DNA of 64,000 nucleotides, taken from NCBI GenBank assembly GCA_002070185.1, contig MWCT01000002.1, forward strand, positions 256,492 to 320,491. The letters run 5' to 3'. The notes under the pieces were generated by a model that saw nothing but the letters and a program-made list of their open reading frames with translations, searched no databases and was not told the origin of the DNA. The stretch comes from a candidate division BRC1 bacterium ADurb.Bin183 (GTDB lineage Bacteria > Sumerlaeota > Sumerlaeia > MWCT01). Positions 51,350 through 60,713 of this stretch are shown here, in pieces; position 1 is the stretch's first letter; each line of letters opens with the position of its first letter. The position numbers and the translations under genes were made by a program.

Positions 51350-54300
51350 TTATGGTTTAGCCATAATAAATACTGTGGGTTTATCTCCCGGGGCGTTGGA
51401 ATTAACAGTCAACAGAGCGGAATCGCCCTCAGGCGAGTAGGCGAAATCAACTGTGACGTCAATGCGCGCATTGTTGCCCGACGTGATTTCAAGATCCTTC
51501 ACTGGCTTGCCGCTATGTTGAACAATCAGCCAATCATAGGCTTTATCTGGGACAATGGAAGAGACAACCAGTTTTTGCTCGCCAACGTTGGAAATCCAGA
51601 AGGATTTGGTGAGTTTAATCGGTTTGATTGGGGCGAAATCACCGATGGGGTCAACAACGAGCGTGAAGTGCTGTTCGCGTTCGCGGGACGCGATGTTGTA
51701 TGATTTGATTTGCGCCTCCCAGATGCCCTTGGCAGGATTTGTGACATAAACTTGTTCAACATTGTCAACATGGTTGGGACCTTTTGTTGCTGCAGCCTGA
51801 GGGTCCCAAGGGTTGAGGTTCCATGGATAATGTTTGGTCGTGCCATCAGGAGCCACAAGGACGAGGTCAAGGTCGTTTACTAAGGCTATTTTGGATTCGG
51901 GAGCGGCGGGCGGATCTGTCCAGACAAGAGTAGCCTTGAAAGCGCTGATGCCTTTTGTGATTTCTATCGGGAAGCGGATAGTGCGATCGCCGGCAAGCGC
52001 CTTGCCGTTGACAAAGCAATCATAGACAAGGGAGCGGGCGCTGTTATAAACATTGACCTCGCCCCAGCCGAAATCATAATCGGGACCCGGATGTTTGCCT
52101 TTTTCCACTGCGCCATGAATCAAGAAAGCCTTTATGGTTTCGGGACGAGGTTTTTCACCGATATACTTTTTATAGATTTGCTGGAGTAGTGCGCCGCAGC
52201 CTGTGACCGCGCCGCAGGCGTTGGAGGTTCCCGCCTTGTCAAACGTAATCATAGTATGTCCAGGCACCCCCATCAGTCCGCCGAGTTGCCAAAACGTGGA
52301 TGCCATTGACTCATAGTAGCAGTTGCCGACACCAAGGGAGAATACTGTGTAGCCATTGGCAACAAGGTCGGGTTTGATGCGTCCATCATCAACAGGACCG
52401 GCGTTGCTGGCAAGCTGGAGTTCGCCGTTATCGCCCACCGCGCCGACGGTGATGACATTCTTGGCGACGCCTTTGGGGTCAATACAGTCATAAGGACCGT
52501 CCACGCAATACCATTCGGAGGGGTCTTTATCCCAGTCGGCGTCGGGTCCGTCGCCTCTATCGTTGCCAGCAGCCTTAACGATGAGGAGACCTGTGTCATA
52601 AGAGATTTTATCCCATGCGCGAGCTTCGGTTGTGTATCGCCCGAATTCGCCGCCATTGCCCAGATAGACCCAATAGGGATATAGGAGTTTGTGTCCGGGA
52701 ACAAGCGGGTCGTCCACTTCATAAAATTGTATTTCCCAGCCGAGCTCTGTTTCATAGGAGTGGTTGGAGATATCCATTTTATTAGCCGCAACAGCATTTG
52801 CCATTTCGGATAGTTCATTGTCGTAATCATAGGTGTAAAAGTCGCAGGCGGGGGCGATGCCGAGCGTGCGGGAGAGTTTCCAGTTTTGCGACATTATCAG
52901 GTCGGCAACATCAATTCTATGGTCATGGTTCAAATCAAGGTAGATTCTATCGCAATCGGTTAGGGCATGTTCACTGCCCATCAGGGCTTTGGCAATGGCT
53001 TTGCCAAGCTGAAGATAACGCATACCATTAGAACCGATTGTGCCCGCCACATGGGTGGCATGGGAAACGATAAAGAAGTTGGTTTCCCACATTGCCGTGG
53101 GATAAAGGATGCGCCACCACCAGGGTTCAACCGGTTGAAGAACCGGCGGGATTTTAGCGCCATCGCCGGAGAAAACGCGCGTGAAGTTGAAATCTTTGTG
53201 GGCGTCCACGGGAAAGGCGTCCCAGACTCCGACCCTGATATCCTTGCCATCCACACCCTTGGCAAAGCCGATGTCATTCAGTTTTGGAATCCAGAGGGTG
53301 CTGGTTGTGACCTGAACAGGATCCACATTGGCGCGGCGGCGGACATTGTCGTTGCAGGGTTTGTTTTTGGCAGGGGCGGGTTCGATCCATTCAACCTGAT
53401 CGAGCGCCGCCACGAGTGCGGCGTCCTCAGGTTTGCAACGAACTTTCCAGATGTTGCATGCTTCAGATGCAACTATTTCGCACGGCGCGCCGAGCGCGGC
53501 TATGGCTGAGCGGAACTCTTCATCGGAAACATCGTTGAAGGCAAGAACTTGAAAGAGAACGTCGCCATTATCGAAGATGATATCATCCCAGAAGAGTTTT
53601 TCTTCGATATAAGAAGCCATTTTTTGTTTGGCGGAAAGCGAGGAAGCCCAGCGGATGCCGCCGCAATCTTTGACGTTGGCAAGGGTTTTGATTTCTGGAG
53701 ACACGGCGACCCAGTAGGCGTTGTTGGGGATATACTGGAGAATCTTAACGCCGTTCTTTTCAAGGGCGGCGATATCTTCTTTTGTGGGTGTTTGATTAAA
53801 TTGAACAAGGACGTGGCGCCCGGAGGCGGCGCTGCGGGTTTTTGTCGCCTCGGATTTTTTGTCGGAGGCAGTGTCAATTTCGCCGCTGAGGAGGGTTATT
53901 TTGGTATCCTTAATAATCGGGGATTCCATAACGGTTTTGAGAGGCGCTGTTTTATTGTCGAGTTCGCTTCTTTTGAATGTTAGCTGGGCAGGCGATACGA
54001 CAATTTTTGGAGGCTGCGGCGTGCGTGTGGGTTGCGGCGTGGGTGTGGGCGTGGGTGTGGGTTCGTGCTTGGTGACGGTGGCATAGACGCCGCGGGAATA
54101 ATAATTCTGTCCTTGTGCGTTCAGATTTGAGTTTCTGGTGTCGTTAGAATAGATGAAAAGACGCAAGAAAATGGGATTGTTATATTTGGTGTAACCTTTG
54201 ATAATCGGGTCATCCCAGTTAACAGAACAGGTGACATCTATTTGTTCGTTATTGCCGAGAATAAATGAGGAGGGGTTGATTTCGAACCATGAAATAGGTT

Positions 54301-56011
54301 CCAAATCTTCGCCATATTTGGGCACAATTGAATCAACGGATAATACACCGGTGCCTTTATTGTAAACGGTAAATGTGTCGGTGAGTTGGGAAATGGAATC
54401 AATATCAATGAAGTTGGGGTTAGCCTGAAGGTTGATGGTAACGCCGTAGATGAGGAAAACATCGCCTGATAAGGTGCCGACGAGGATGTCGCCGGCGCCG
54501 TCGCCATTGACGTCTCCCGCGCTTGCCACTTTGATGCCGGAATAACTGGTAGAACAAGCATTATTGGACGGGGGATCTTCGCATCCATAAATGCGTATGC
54601 CGTTGATGCCGTTCAGGGAGTAAATATCGAAAAATCCGCCGATGCCAAGTCTTCTTGCGCCGTAGATTAAATAGGTTTCGCCAAGGACTTTGCCGCCATA
54701 GGGATATGCCATTGGGGCGCCGATGAGGAGATCGGCAAGACCGTCTGAGTTGACATCTTTGACAATGGCAACATCAAAGCCGAACTGATCGCCGGCATCG
54801 AGCCCGGGGATTATCACGCCGTTAGTTCCGTCAATGCGCCGGAGGTTGGTTTCAACGCCATTGGGTCCGCCATAGAGGAGATATGCCTTGCCTGTATTTT
54901 CACGCAGTCCCTTATCTGCGAGGTTTGCGCCGATAAGGATGTCGCTATATCCATCGCCATTGACGTCAACTTTGACGCCTTCGATATCGGATTCCTCATT
55001 AATGCCTGCGACCGACCAGCCGAAGTAATCGAAGGGTGCTTCGCCGGGAATCCATTGATATTTAAGCGAGGAGGGTGTGGAGCCGCCATAAAGGATGCAG
55101 ACTGCGCCGCTGTTTTCGCCGTTGGAATCCACATAAGGCGCTCCGATAATCACGTCATCCTTGCCGTCTTTATTGATATCGCCGGCGCATGCAACGCTCC
55201 AGCCAAAAAAGCCGTGAGCCTGATAACCGGTGAATTTGAATCCGTTTATTCCATCAAGGCGGTCGAGTTCGAGGACGCCGCAGATGCCGAGGCAGTTGGC
55301 GCTGTCGGTGTTGCCGTAGATGATGTAAACTTCGCCAGCGTTGATAAGACCATTGGGGTCGGCGGCGGGGGCAGAGATGATAACATCCGGTATGCCGTCG
55401 CCGTTGAAGTCGCCGGCGCTGGAGACTGACCATCCGCAATCATCATAATCGTTGATGCCGTCAAGGCGAGTGCCCGAATGCGCTTCAATCCACGCTGTGG
55501 AAACGGATTTGTTGTACTTAAATCTCTCATCAATCGTATTGCCGTCAACGAGATACCCAGCGCCGGTGGGCTGTATGCTGGGCGAGCCAAAGATGAGGTC
55601 GTTTTTGCCGTTTTTATTAACGTCGCCGATGCCTGCCACGCAGGTTCCGACATCGTTGGGGTTGCGGTTGGAGCCTTTATTTTTTTGGAGCTTAAGAACG
55701 CCGCCTGTCCCGATGCCATTGGGATTGCCAAGAATAATGGCAAAACTTCCTCTGGGCGACCAAAAGTCGCCTTCTTCTTTATAGGAGAGGACAAAATCGT
55801 CCACGCCGTCGCCGTTGATATCGCCCGCGCTGGCAAGGCTGAGGTCGGGGTATTGCTGCGGTTCTGTGACGCCTGTAATAATTCTGACACCAGCGACTGA
55901 ATCGCCTACGTCTCCCAGATAGAGTGGGCATGGCAGCTGCGCCCAAACACCCTGAATAAAAACCATGGTGAAAAGTGCGAAGAGCGCCACCGAAAACTTT
56001 TTAACGCTCAT
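51350..56011 (-). CDS. Giant secreted protein: FG-GAP (integrin-alpha-like) beta-propeller repeats, a (TP)n linker, an I9-like propeptide and a subtilase (S8) peptidase domain
   Basis: 1553 aa. AAGGGAG SD. Signal peptide. At least 6 FG-GAP Ca-binding repeats (GDINGDGVDDFV, GDFNGDGIPDVI, GDINKDGKDDVI, VNGDGYSDILIG, DVNSDGLADLLIG, GDVNGDGAGDILVG). TPTPTPTPQPTRTPQPP linker. I9-like DQVEWIEPA. S8 triad context IRVGVWDAFPVDAHKDF (Asp), HATHVAGTIGSNG (His), AGTSNACGAVTGCGALL (Ser). Confidence 0.75.
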   Translation of the reverse strand: MSVKKFSVALFALFTMVFIQGVWAQLPCPLYLGDVGDSVAGVRIITGVTEPQQYPDLSLASAGDINGDGVDDFVLSYKEEGDFWSPRGSFAIILGNPNGIGTGGVLKLQKNKGSNRNPNDVGTCVAGIGDVNKNGKNDLIFGSPSIQPTGAGYLVDGNTIDERFKYNKSVSTAWIEAHSGTRLDGINDYDDCGWSVSSAGDFNGDGIPDVIISAPAADPNGLINAGEVYIIYGNTDSANCLGICGVLELDRLDGINGFKFTGYQAHGFFGWSVACAGDINKDGKDDVIIGAPYVDSNGENSGAVCILYGGSTPSSLKYQWIPGEAPFDYFGWSVAGINEESDIEGVKVDVNGDGYSDILIGANLADKGLRENTGKAYLLYGGPNGVETNLRRIDGTNGVIIPGLDAGDQFGFDVAIVKDVNSDGLADLLIGAPMAYPYGGKVLGETYLIYGARRLGIGGFFDIYSLNGINGIRIYGCEDPPSNNACSTSYSGIKVASAGDVNGDGAGDILVGTLSGDVFLIYGVTINLQANPNFIDIDSISQLTDTFTVYNKGTGVLSVDSIVPKYGEDLEPISWFEINPSSFILGNNEQIDVTCSVNWDDPIIKGYTKYNNPIFLRLFIYSNDTRNSNLNAQGQNYYSRGVYATVTKHEPTPTPTPTPQPTRTPQPPKIVVSPAQLTFKRSELDNKTAPLKTVMESPIIKDTKITLLSGEIDTASDKKSEATKTRSAASGRHVLVQFNQTPTKEDIAALEKNGVKILQYIPNNAYWVAVSPEIKTLANVKDCGGIRWASSLSAKQKMASYIEEKLFWDDIIFDNGDVLFQVLAFNDVSDEEFRSAIAALGAPCEIVASEACNIWKVRCKPEDAALVAALDQVEWIEPAPAKNKPCNDNVRRRANVDPVQVTTSTLWIPKLNDIGFAKGVDGKDIRVGVWDAFPVDAHKDFNFTRVFSGDGAKIPPVLQPVEPWWWRILYPTAMWETNFFIVSHATHVAGTIGSNGMRYLQLGKAIAKALMGSEHALTDCDRIYLDLNHDHRIDVADLIMSQNWKLSRTLGIAPACDFYTYDYDNELSEMANAVAANKMDISNHSYETELGWEIQFYEVDDPLVPGHKLLYPYWVYLGNGGEFGRYTTEARAWDKISYDTGLLIVKAAGNDRGDGPDADWDKDPSEWYCVDGPYDCIDPKGVAKNVITVGAVGDNGELQLASNAGPVDDGRIKPDLVANGYTVFSLGVGNCYYESMASTFWQLGGLMGVPGHTMITFDKAGTSNACGAVTGCGALLQQIYKKYIGEKPRPETIKAFLIHGAVEKGKHPGPDYDFGWGEVNVYNSARSLVYDCFVNGKALAGDRTIRFPIEITKGISAFKATLVWTDPPAAPESKIALVNDLDLVLVAPDGTTKHYPWNLNPWDPQAAATKGPNHVDNVEQVYVTNPAKGIWEAQIKSYNIASREREQHFTLVVDPIGDFAPIKPIKLTKSFWISNVGEQKLVVSSIVPDKAYDWLIVQHSGKPVKDLEITSGNNARIDVTVDFAYSPEGDSALLTVNSNAPGDKPTVFIMAKP
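54018..54068. repeat. Short imperfect GYGTGGGBG-type tandem repeat (coding, encodes the Thr-Pro linker of the giant protein)
   Basis: gcgtgcgtgtgggttgcggcgtgggtgtgggcgtgggtgtgggttcgtgc seen directly; it is the reverse complement of the (ACN CCN)n codons for TPTPTPTPQPTRTPQPP. Confidence 0.6.
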
Positions 56012-56090
56012 AGCGAACTCCCTTTTTTATTTCTGACTTCATTTATGACGCCTTTTACAGACATCCGTTTGTGGTTCGGTTTTTTTAGTT

Positions 56091-58295
56091 TTATTTGCCT
56101 TTTTTTGCCTTTTTGCCTTGATGAGAATTTTCTCTGGACTGGAAGAATTCCTTCGGGAGATCCCAGCCGTAATCAATCTGTTCATATTGAATTTTTTCGA
56201 GCTCGCTCATTGTGGGGTCCTTGATGATATGAGGGGTGACGAACATGACTGTTTCGAGCTGTCTGTTTTCCATGTTGTTTCTCTTAAAGAGCCAACCTAT
56301 GATGGGGATATCCATGAACCAAGGCGTTCCGATATTAATATTTGTATTAGTATCCATGCGAAAACCGCCAAGAAGGACGGTTTCTTCGTCGCGAATGATG
56401 ACGTTTGTTTCTGCGGAGCGTCTGTCCACCTGCGGCAGATCGCCGACGATTTGTTCGCGTCCGCGGTAGATTTTTTGTTCAGGTTTGATCTGCATACGGA
56501 TATAGCCGTTATTGGTGATGTAGGGGGTCACGCTGAGGGTGATGCCGGTTTCCTTGAATTCAGCTTTGGCAGTGACTGAGCCTCCGGAACCGATCACGCT
56601 ATCTTGGTAGGGGATTTCCTCAATCATATCAATTTTAGCGGTGACGTTGTTGAGTGTGATAACTTTGGGGTTTGCGAGGACTTTGATAAGGTTTTTGTTT
56701 TGATTGGCGTTTAGGAACATATCAAGGTCAAAATCTTCTCCAAGAATGGTGACTGCCTTGCCCCATGAATAATTCGAGCCAAGACCTTCTTCATTTGTGC
56801 CTGTGGCAGAGACGAATTTGTCAATGCCTTCTTTAAGAGGAGTTTCGGAAACGAGTCTATACTCGCCGACGAATTTTGCTTTATCTTTATACTCTCCTTG
56901 TTTGTATGTGGTGAAAACGGGGGTGTTTTTATATTCGATGTCCGTATAGCCTGTGATCCTTTCAATCACCTTTTCCACTTGACCGGTGATGGGGTTTTTA
57001 ACGGTTTCGGTTTCGATGATGGGCTGTCCGCCGCCTATCTTGGTTTGCTTTGTGCCTTGCAAGAGGTATTTCTGGCGCTGCGTGAGGCTCCAGTTGGCGC
57101 CGATGTCGCGGAGGAGGTTTTTGCCCATATCTATGAGGCGCATCTCAATCATGACTTGTTTGTCGGCGACATCGAGTTTGTCAATAAGCGCAAGAAGGGT
57201 TTCAACGTTGGGAGGGGTATCTGTGATGATGATAGCATTGGAATCGTTATCGGGTTGAATTTGCGCGCCTTCCGCCTTTGAGAGGAAGGGGCGCAGAGTT
57301 TCTGACAATTTGGCAGCGGGAACCCAGTTGATGGGGACGTGGACAGTTTTGAGTTCGACGGCGGAGATGCGAATTTCTTTGCGGGGGACTATGCGGACGA
57401 TGCCGCCGGGCTCGCGCACAAAGGCAAGGTCGTTGGTTTTCAAGATGGCGTCGAGGGCGCTGCCGAGGGGGACATCTTCGAGGTCGAGTGTGATAATGCC
57501 GCTGACTTGATTTCTTGCCATGATGACGTTGAGTCCGGTTTTTTGGGCTATCATGCGAATGACGCTCTGCAGGTCGGCGTCTTTAAAGCGCAAGGTGACC
57601 AGTTGGGAGAAGATGTCTTCTTCCGGCAAGACTGCCTGCGATGCCTTTGGAGCTGTATCTTTTTCTGATGGGGGAACAAAGAATGATTTGGCGGTGGTTT
57701 CTGGTTTATCCTGCCCTGCCTGCGCCATCATGATGGGCTTTTCCGCCGAGTCTGCATTGTCCATAATCTGGTCAAGCCGGTCTGGCGACGCATGAGCCGC
57801 AGCGGATGCGGGTTCGGCTTTGCCGGATGAGAATGAGAAGAACATGTTGGGGTCATTGGGAAGGTCGCTTAGGCGCTCTTTTTTTTCGGCAAAGACAAAT
57901 TTGATTTCGCTCTCATCTTGTTCGATTGTGTAGGGTGCGAGTTTTTTGAAATAGAAATAGACCCTGACGGCTGGATTGGGAGAGGCTGGTTCCGTTTTGA
58001 GGCGGACGCTTTCCAGATAGAGACCATCCTGTTTGATTTCGCGTTCTTCGCCGGTAAGGGTTGCATCCGGGAATTCCACATAGCCGTAGCCGGCTTGTCG
58101 GAAGATGTGGTCCCGATAAACGGGGGTTGCGCCTCCGGGGGAAGAATTGCCCAAGTGGATAACCAGCACCTCGGCATTTCCCCTTGCGCCGATGCTGACT
58201 CCGGCAATTCTAACGGGTTCAGCCGAAGCTATTCCCGCCAAAAGGATGATGATGGCGACACCCCATACCATAAGGGAGGCTTTTCCTTTAAACAT
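56091..58295 (-). CDS. pilQ: Type IV pilus / type II secretion secretin (PilQ/GspD family)
   Basis: Start set at MFKGKASLMVWGVAIIILLAG (AAGGAG SD 10 nt upstream). C-terminal secretin domain (VLLGGFRMDTNTNINIGTPWFMDIPIIGWLFKRNNMENRQLETVMFVTPHIIKD). Confidence 0.8.
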   Translation of the reverse strand: MFKGKASLMVWGVAIIILLAGIASAEPVRIAGVSIGARGNAEVLVIHLGNSSPGGATPVYRDHIFRQAGYGYVEFPDATLTGEEREIKQDGLYLESVRLKTEPASPNPAVRVYFYFKKLAPYTIEQDESEIKFVFAEKKERLSDLPNDPNMFFSFSSGKAEPASAAAHASPDRLDQIMDNADSAEKPIMMAQAGQDKPETTAKSFFVPPSEKDTAPKASQAVLPEEDIFSQLVTLRFKDADLQSVIRMIAQKTGLNVIMARNQVSGIITLDLEDVPLGSALDAILKTNDLAFVREPGGIVRIVPRKEIRISAVELKTVHVPINWVPAAKLSETLRPFLSKAEGAQIQPDNDSNAIIITDTPPNVETLLALIDKLDVADKQVMIEMRLIDMGKNLLRDIGANWSLTQRQKYLLQGTKQTKIGGGQPIIETETVKNPITGQVEKVIERITGYTDIEYKNTPVFTTYKQGEYKDKAKFVGEYRLVSETPLKEGIDKFVSATGTNEEGLGSNYSWGKAVTILGEDFDLDMFLNANQNKNLIKVLANPKVITLNNVTAKIDMIEEIPYQDSVIGSGGSVTAKAEFKETGITLSVTPYITNNGYIRMQIKPEQKIYRGREQIVGDLPQVDRRSAETNVIIRDEETVLLGGFRMDTNTNINIGTPWFMDIPIIGWLFKRNNMENRQLETVMFVTPHIIKDPTMSELEKIQYEQIDYGWDLPKEFFQSRENSHQGKKAKKGK

Positions 58296-58392
58296 TCCGC
58301 CCGCTCCTTTCATGATTAGTCGTCTCTTTTCGTGATATAGTATTTTTTTAATCATCAAAAAAAATAACAAATTTTAGCCTGCGTTCAAATTA

Positions 58393-59307
58393 TCAATCAG
58401 GTCTGTTGACCTGAATTTCTTCCGAGATCCCTCTGTAACCGATAACGACCGAGTTGGGATTGATGCGCTGCACTACGGCATCGGGATATTTGGAAAGCGC
58501 CTGTCCTTCTTTTAGGAGGTCATCGCCGATGAGCACGATTCTATCTTCGGCTTTGGACGCCCACATAACGCCGCTGACATGGGTTTTTATCCATGAGGGC
58601 ATGACGATAACCGGCGTTTCGATAGGTTTGACGGCTTGCTCGCCGGGCTGGGAGGTGTCCAACGGCGCGGCTGCGATTTTTTCGATTTCTTGTCTGGCAA
58701 GTCCAATTTGGGTTTCGGCATTTTTATGAAGTTCGGCGTCTGTGATATCGGGGAGCAACTGTGAAATTTGGTCAATAAAGGACCGAGCTTCATTGATTCT
58801 TTTATTTTTGATATGGTTCTGGAGAATTTGGATGTATTCTCGGACGAGGAGGGAATTGCGAACCCATGGGATAATCATGGGGTCTTTGAGGTCGCGTGGA
58901 TTATAGACAAATTTTGGGGTTTGATTCATCAGGCGTTGAACCTCCGGGTTATCCATGAGGTTGTCCGCTTTTTGAGGTTCGTCGCTTTCTCGGTTTGATT
59001 GTTTTGCGGCGGGGAGTGTGAGCAGTTGTGCTTCTGAGATCATTTCTGGCGTGGCAGTGGGCATGGGGGAATCGCTGAGTTCCTCTTCTGGTTGTTCTGC
59101 GGCATTAGCGACAGGTGTTTGTCCTGCGGCTGGGGGTTCTTCCGGCGCTGGCGGGTCTTCGCCTTGGACGGTTGCAAGGTCTCCTGTTGCGTCTCTTGGG
59201 GCGACTTTATCGGCTATTTTTGCCGCTGGTCCGGCAAGAAGGATAATAGGGATAAGGCAGGCGATGAGAATGGCGATTATTTTGGCGGTTTTTATTTGTT
59301 TTTCCAT
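58393..59307 (-). CDS. PilP-like pilus assembly protein (TM-anchored, Pro-rich linker)
   Basis: Position between pilO and pilQ. N-terminal TM (IIAILIACLIPIILLAG), Pro/Glu-rich spacer, C-terminal beta-rich domain (VIVMPSWIKTHVSGVMWASKAEDRIVLIGDDLLKEGQ). Confidence 0.5.
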   Translation of the reverse strand: MEKQIKTAKIIAILIACLIPIILLAGPAAKIADKVAPRDATGDLATVQGEDPPAPEEPPAAGQTPVANAAEQPEEELSDSPMPTATPEMISEAQLLTLPAAKQSNRESDEPQKADNLMDNPEVQRLMNQTPKFVYNPRDLKDPMIIPWVRNSLLVREYIQILQNHIKNKRINEARSFIDQISQLLPDITDAELHKNAETQIGLARQEIEKIAAAPLDTSQPGEQAVKPIETPVIVMPSWIKTHVSGVMWASKAEDRIVLIGDDLLKEGQALSKYPDAVVQRINPNSVVIGYRGISEEIQVNRPD

Positions 59308-59337
59308 TATAAGTTCTCCTTCGAGGGCAAACTTTCC

Positions 59338-59907
59338 TTACGGAGTCTTGATAATTTTATTAAACATAAAGGTTGAGATATCAATTGTTGCCGGGTGGAT
59401 GCTTGGGCGGTTGTCATTGTTGGAAATGCTGAAAGACTTGACGCGCATGAATCGGCGTTGGTTTTCCTCGATGAGATTTAGAAATTGTCCGAATTCGTGG
59501 TATCGGCAGGTTGCTGTTATTTTATATGGTATTTCTGTGTAGAGGACGGCGTTTCGTGTTTGGACTGGGTCCACTCTTCTGGGCTGGACGCCAGTGAGGC
59601 GGAGGATGCGGATGAGTTCCTGATAGAAGCCGGGCGCATCCGGCGAGGAGGGAAGCCTTTGAGAGGCTTCTTCAACGATTTTACGCATTTCTTCGATGCG
59701 GGGGCGGTCGCGCTCCGCTTCTTCAATCTCTTTTAAGTTTTCTCTTAATTTTTTGATTTCTTCATTGAGGGTTTTTTTCTGGTTTTCGTTTCTTTTGTAA
59801 TGGTCTTGGAGGATTTGGAGGTGGAAGTATCCGAACCCTACAATAATGAAGATGGCTATGAACAAACCAACACCCAACGTTTTTTTTGTCTGTTCATCGA
59901 GCGTCAT
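59338..59907 (-). CDS. pilO: Type IV pilus assembly protein PilO
   Basis: 189 aa. N-terminal TM, coiled-coil, C-terminal ferredoxin-like region. Position after pilN. Confidence 0.65.
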   Translation of the reverse strand: MTLDEQTKKTLGVGLFIAIFIIVGFGYFHLQILQDHYKRNENQKKTLNEEIKKLRENLKEIEEAERDRPRIEEMRKIVEEASQRLPSSPDAPGFYQELIRILRLTGVQPRRVDPVQTRNAVLYTEIPYKITATCRYHEFGQFLNLIEENQRRFMRVKSFSISNNDNRPSIHPATIDISTFMFNKIIKTP

Positions 59908-59945
59908 ATATTATCCTTTCTTTCCAAACTTTTTCCGCGGGAAAA

Positions 59946-60713
59946 TTATTTAGAGGCGGCGGAAACGGTTTGGGGTTTGGTTTTAAGTATCAGTTTAAAC
60001 CTGTTGATGGGGCGACCCGCCACTGTTTCTTCATAGGTTCCTTCGATGCCGATAAGGTCCTGGAAGTTATCCATGAAGTTGCGGGTTTTTCCATTTGAGC
60101 CGCGATTCGAATAATTTTTCATGCCGTCATGGAATTTCATGATGAGTTGAAGGCGCTGGTCGGCATCTTCGTGCCATGTGACGCCGGAAATGGCAAGGGT
60201 TTGTGTGACAAGGGGTTTTTTAACTGATGGGGGCGCGTTGCCCTTTTTGCCGCCTTTTTCCCATGTGATGCGGGCGTTTTTGGATTCTTCCGTTTCGACT
60301 TCTTGGAGGTCTTCTGTGACGACGATGTTTGTCAAATAAACTCCTTTGGGGACGATGTCAGCCATCATGTTTATTTTTTCCGCCCAAAGGAGGCGATCGG
60401 GCGGATCGAGCGATTTGAGGATTTCAATCTGGTTGGAAAGCATCATACGGAGGTCGAGGAGTTCTTTGAACTCTTTTTGCCTTGATTCAACATTTTTTTT
60501 CAGGTTGTCTCGATTTTGGGTAAGCGAAACCACTTTTTTGTCATCATCCATTTTGGTCTTGATGACCCAGTAAGCAAAGGCAATGGCAACGATATAGACG
60601 AGGATGAGGATGATAGCAACAAAGGGGGTGGCAGAGGAAGGAGGTGCGGAAGCCCGGCTCGAGTCCTTCTTTGCCTTGATTTTCTCAGGGGGAAGAAGGT
60701 TGATCTTAATCAT
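59946..60713 (-). CDS. pilN: Type IV pilus assembly protein PilN
   Basis: MIKINLLPPEK N-terminus (the conserved INLLP PilM-binding motif), single TM, coiled-coil. Start abuts the pilM stop. Confidence 0.75.
   Translation of the reverse strand: MIKINLLPPEKIKAKKDSSRASAPPSSATPFVAIILILVYIVAIAFAYWVIKTKMDDDKKVVSLTQNRDNLKKNVESRQKEFKELLDLRMMLSNQIEILKSLDPPDRLLWAEKINMMADIVPKGVYLTNIVVTEDLQEVETEESKNARITWEKGGKKGNAPPSVKKPLVTQTLAISGVTWHEDADQRLQLIMKFHDGMKNYSNRGSNGKTRNFMDNFQDLIGIEGTYEETVAGRPINRFKLILKTKPQTVSAASK

Noticed and set aside
54000-54070. GTGGG-type short tandem repeats considered as a possible CRISPR or VNTR element
   Set aside because: The units are about 6-9 nt, imperfect and in frame. They encode the TPTPTP linker of the giant protein, and no spacer/repeat architecture is present.
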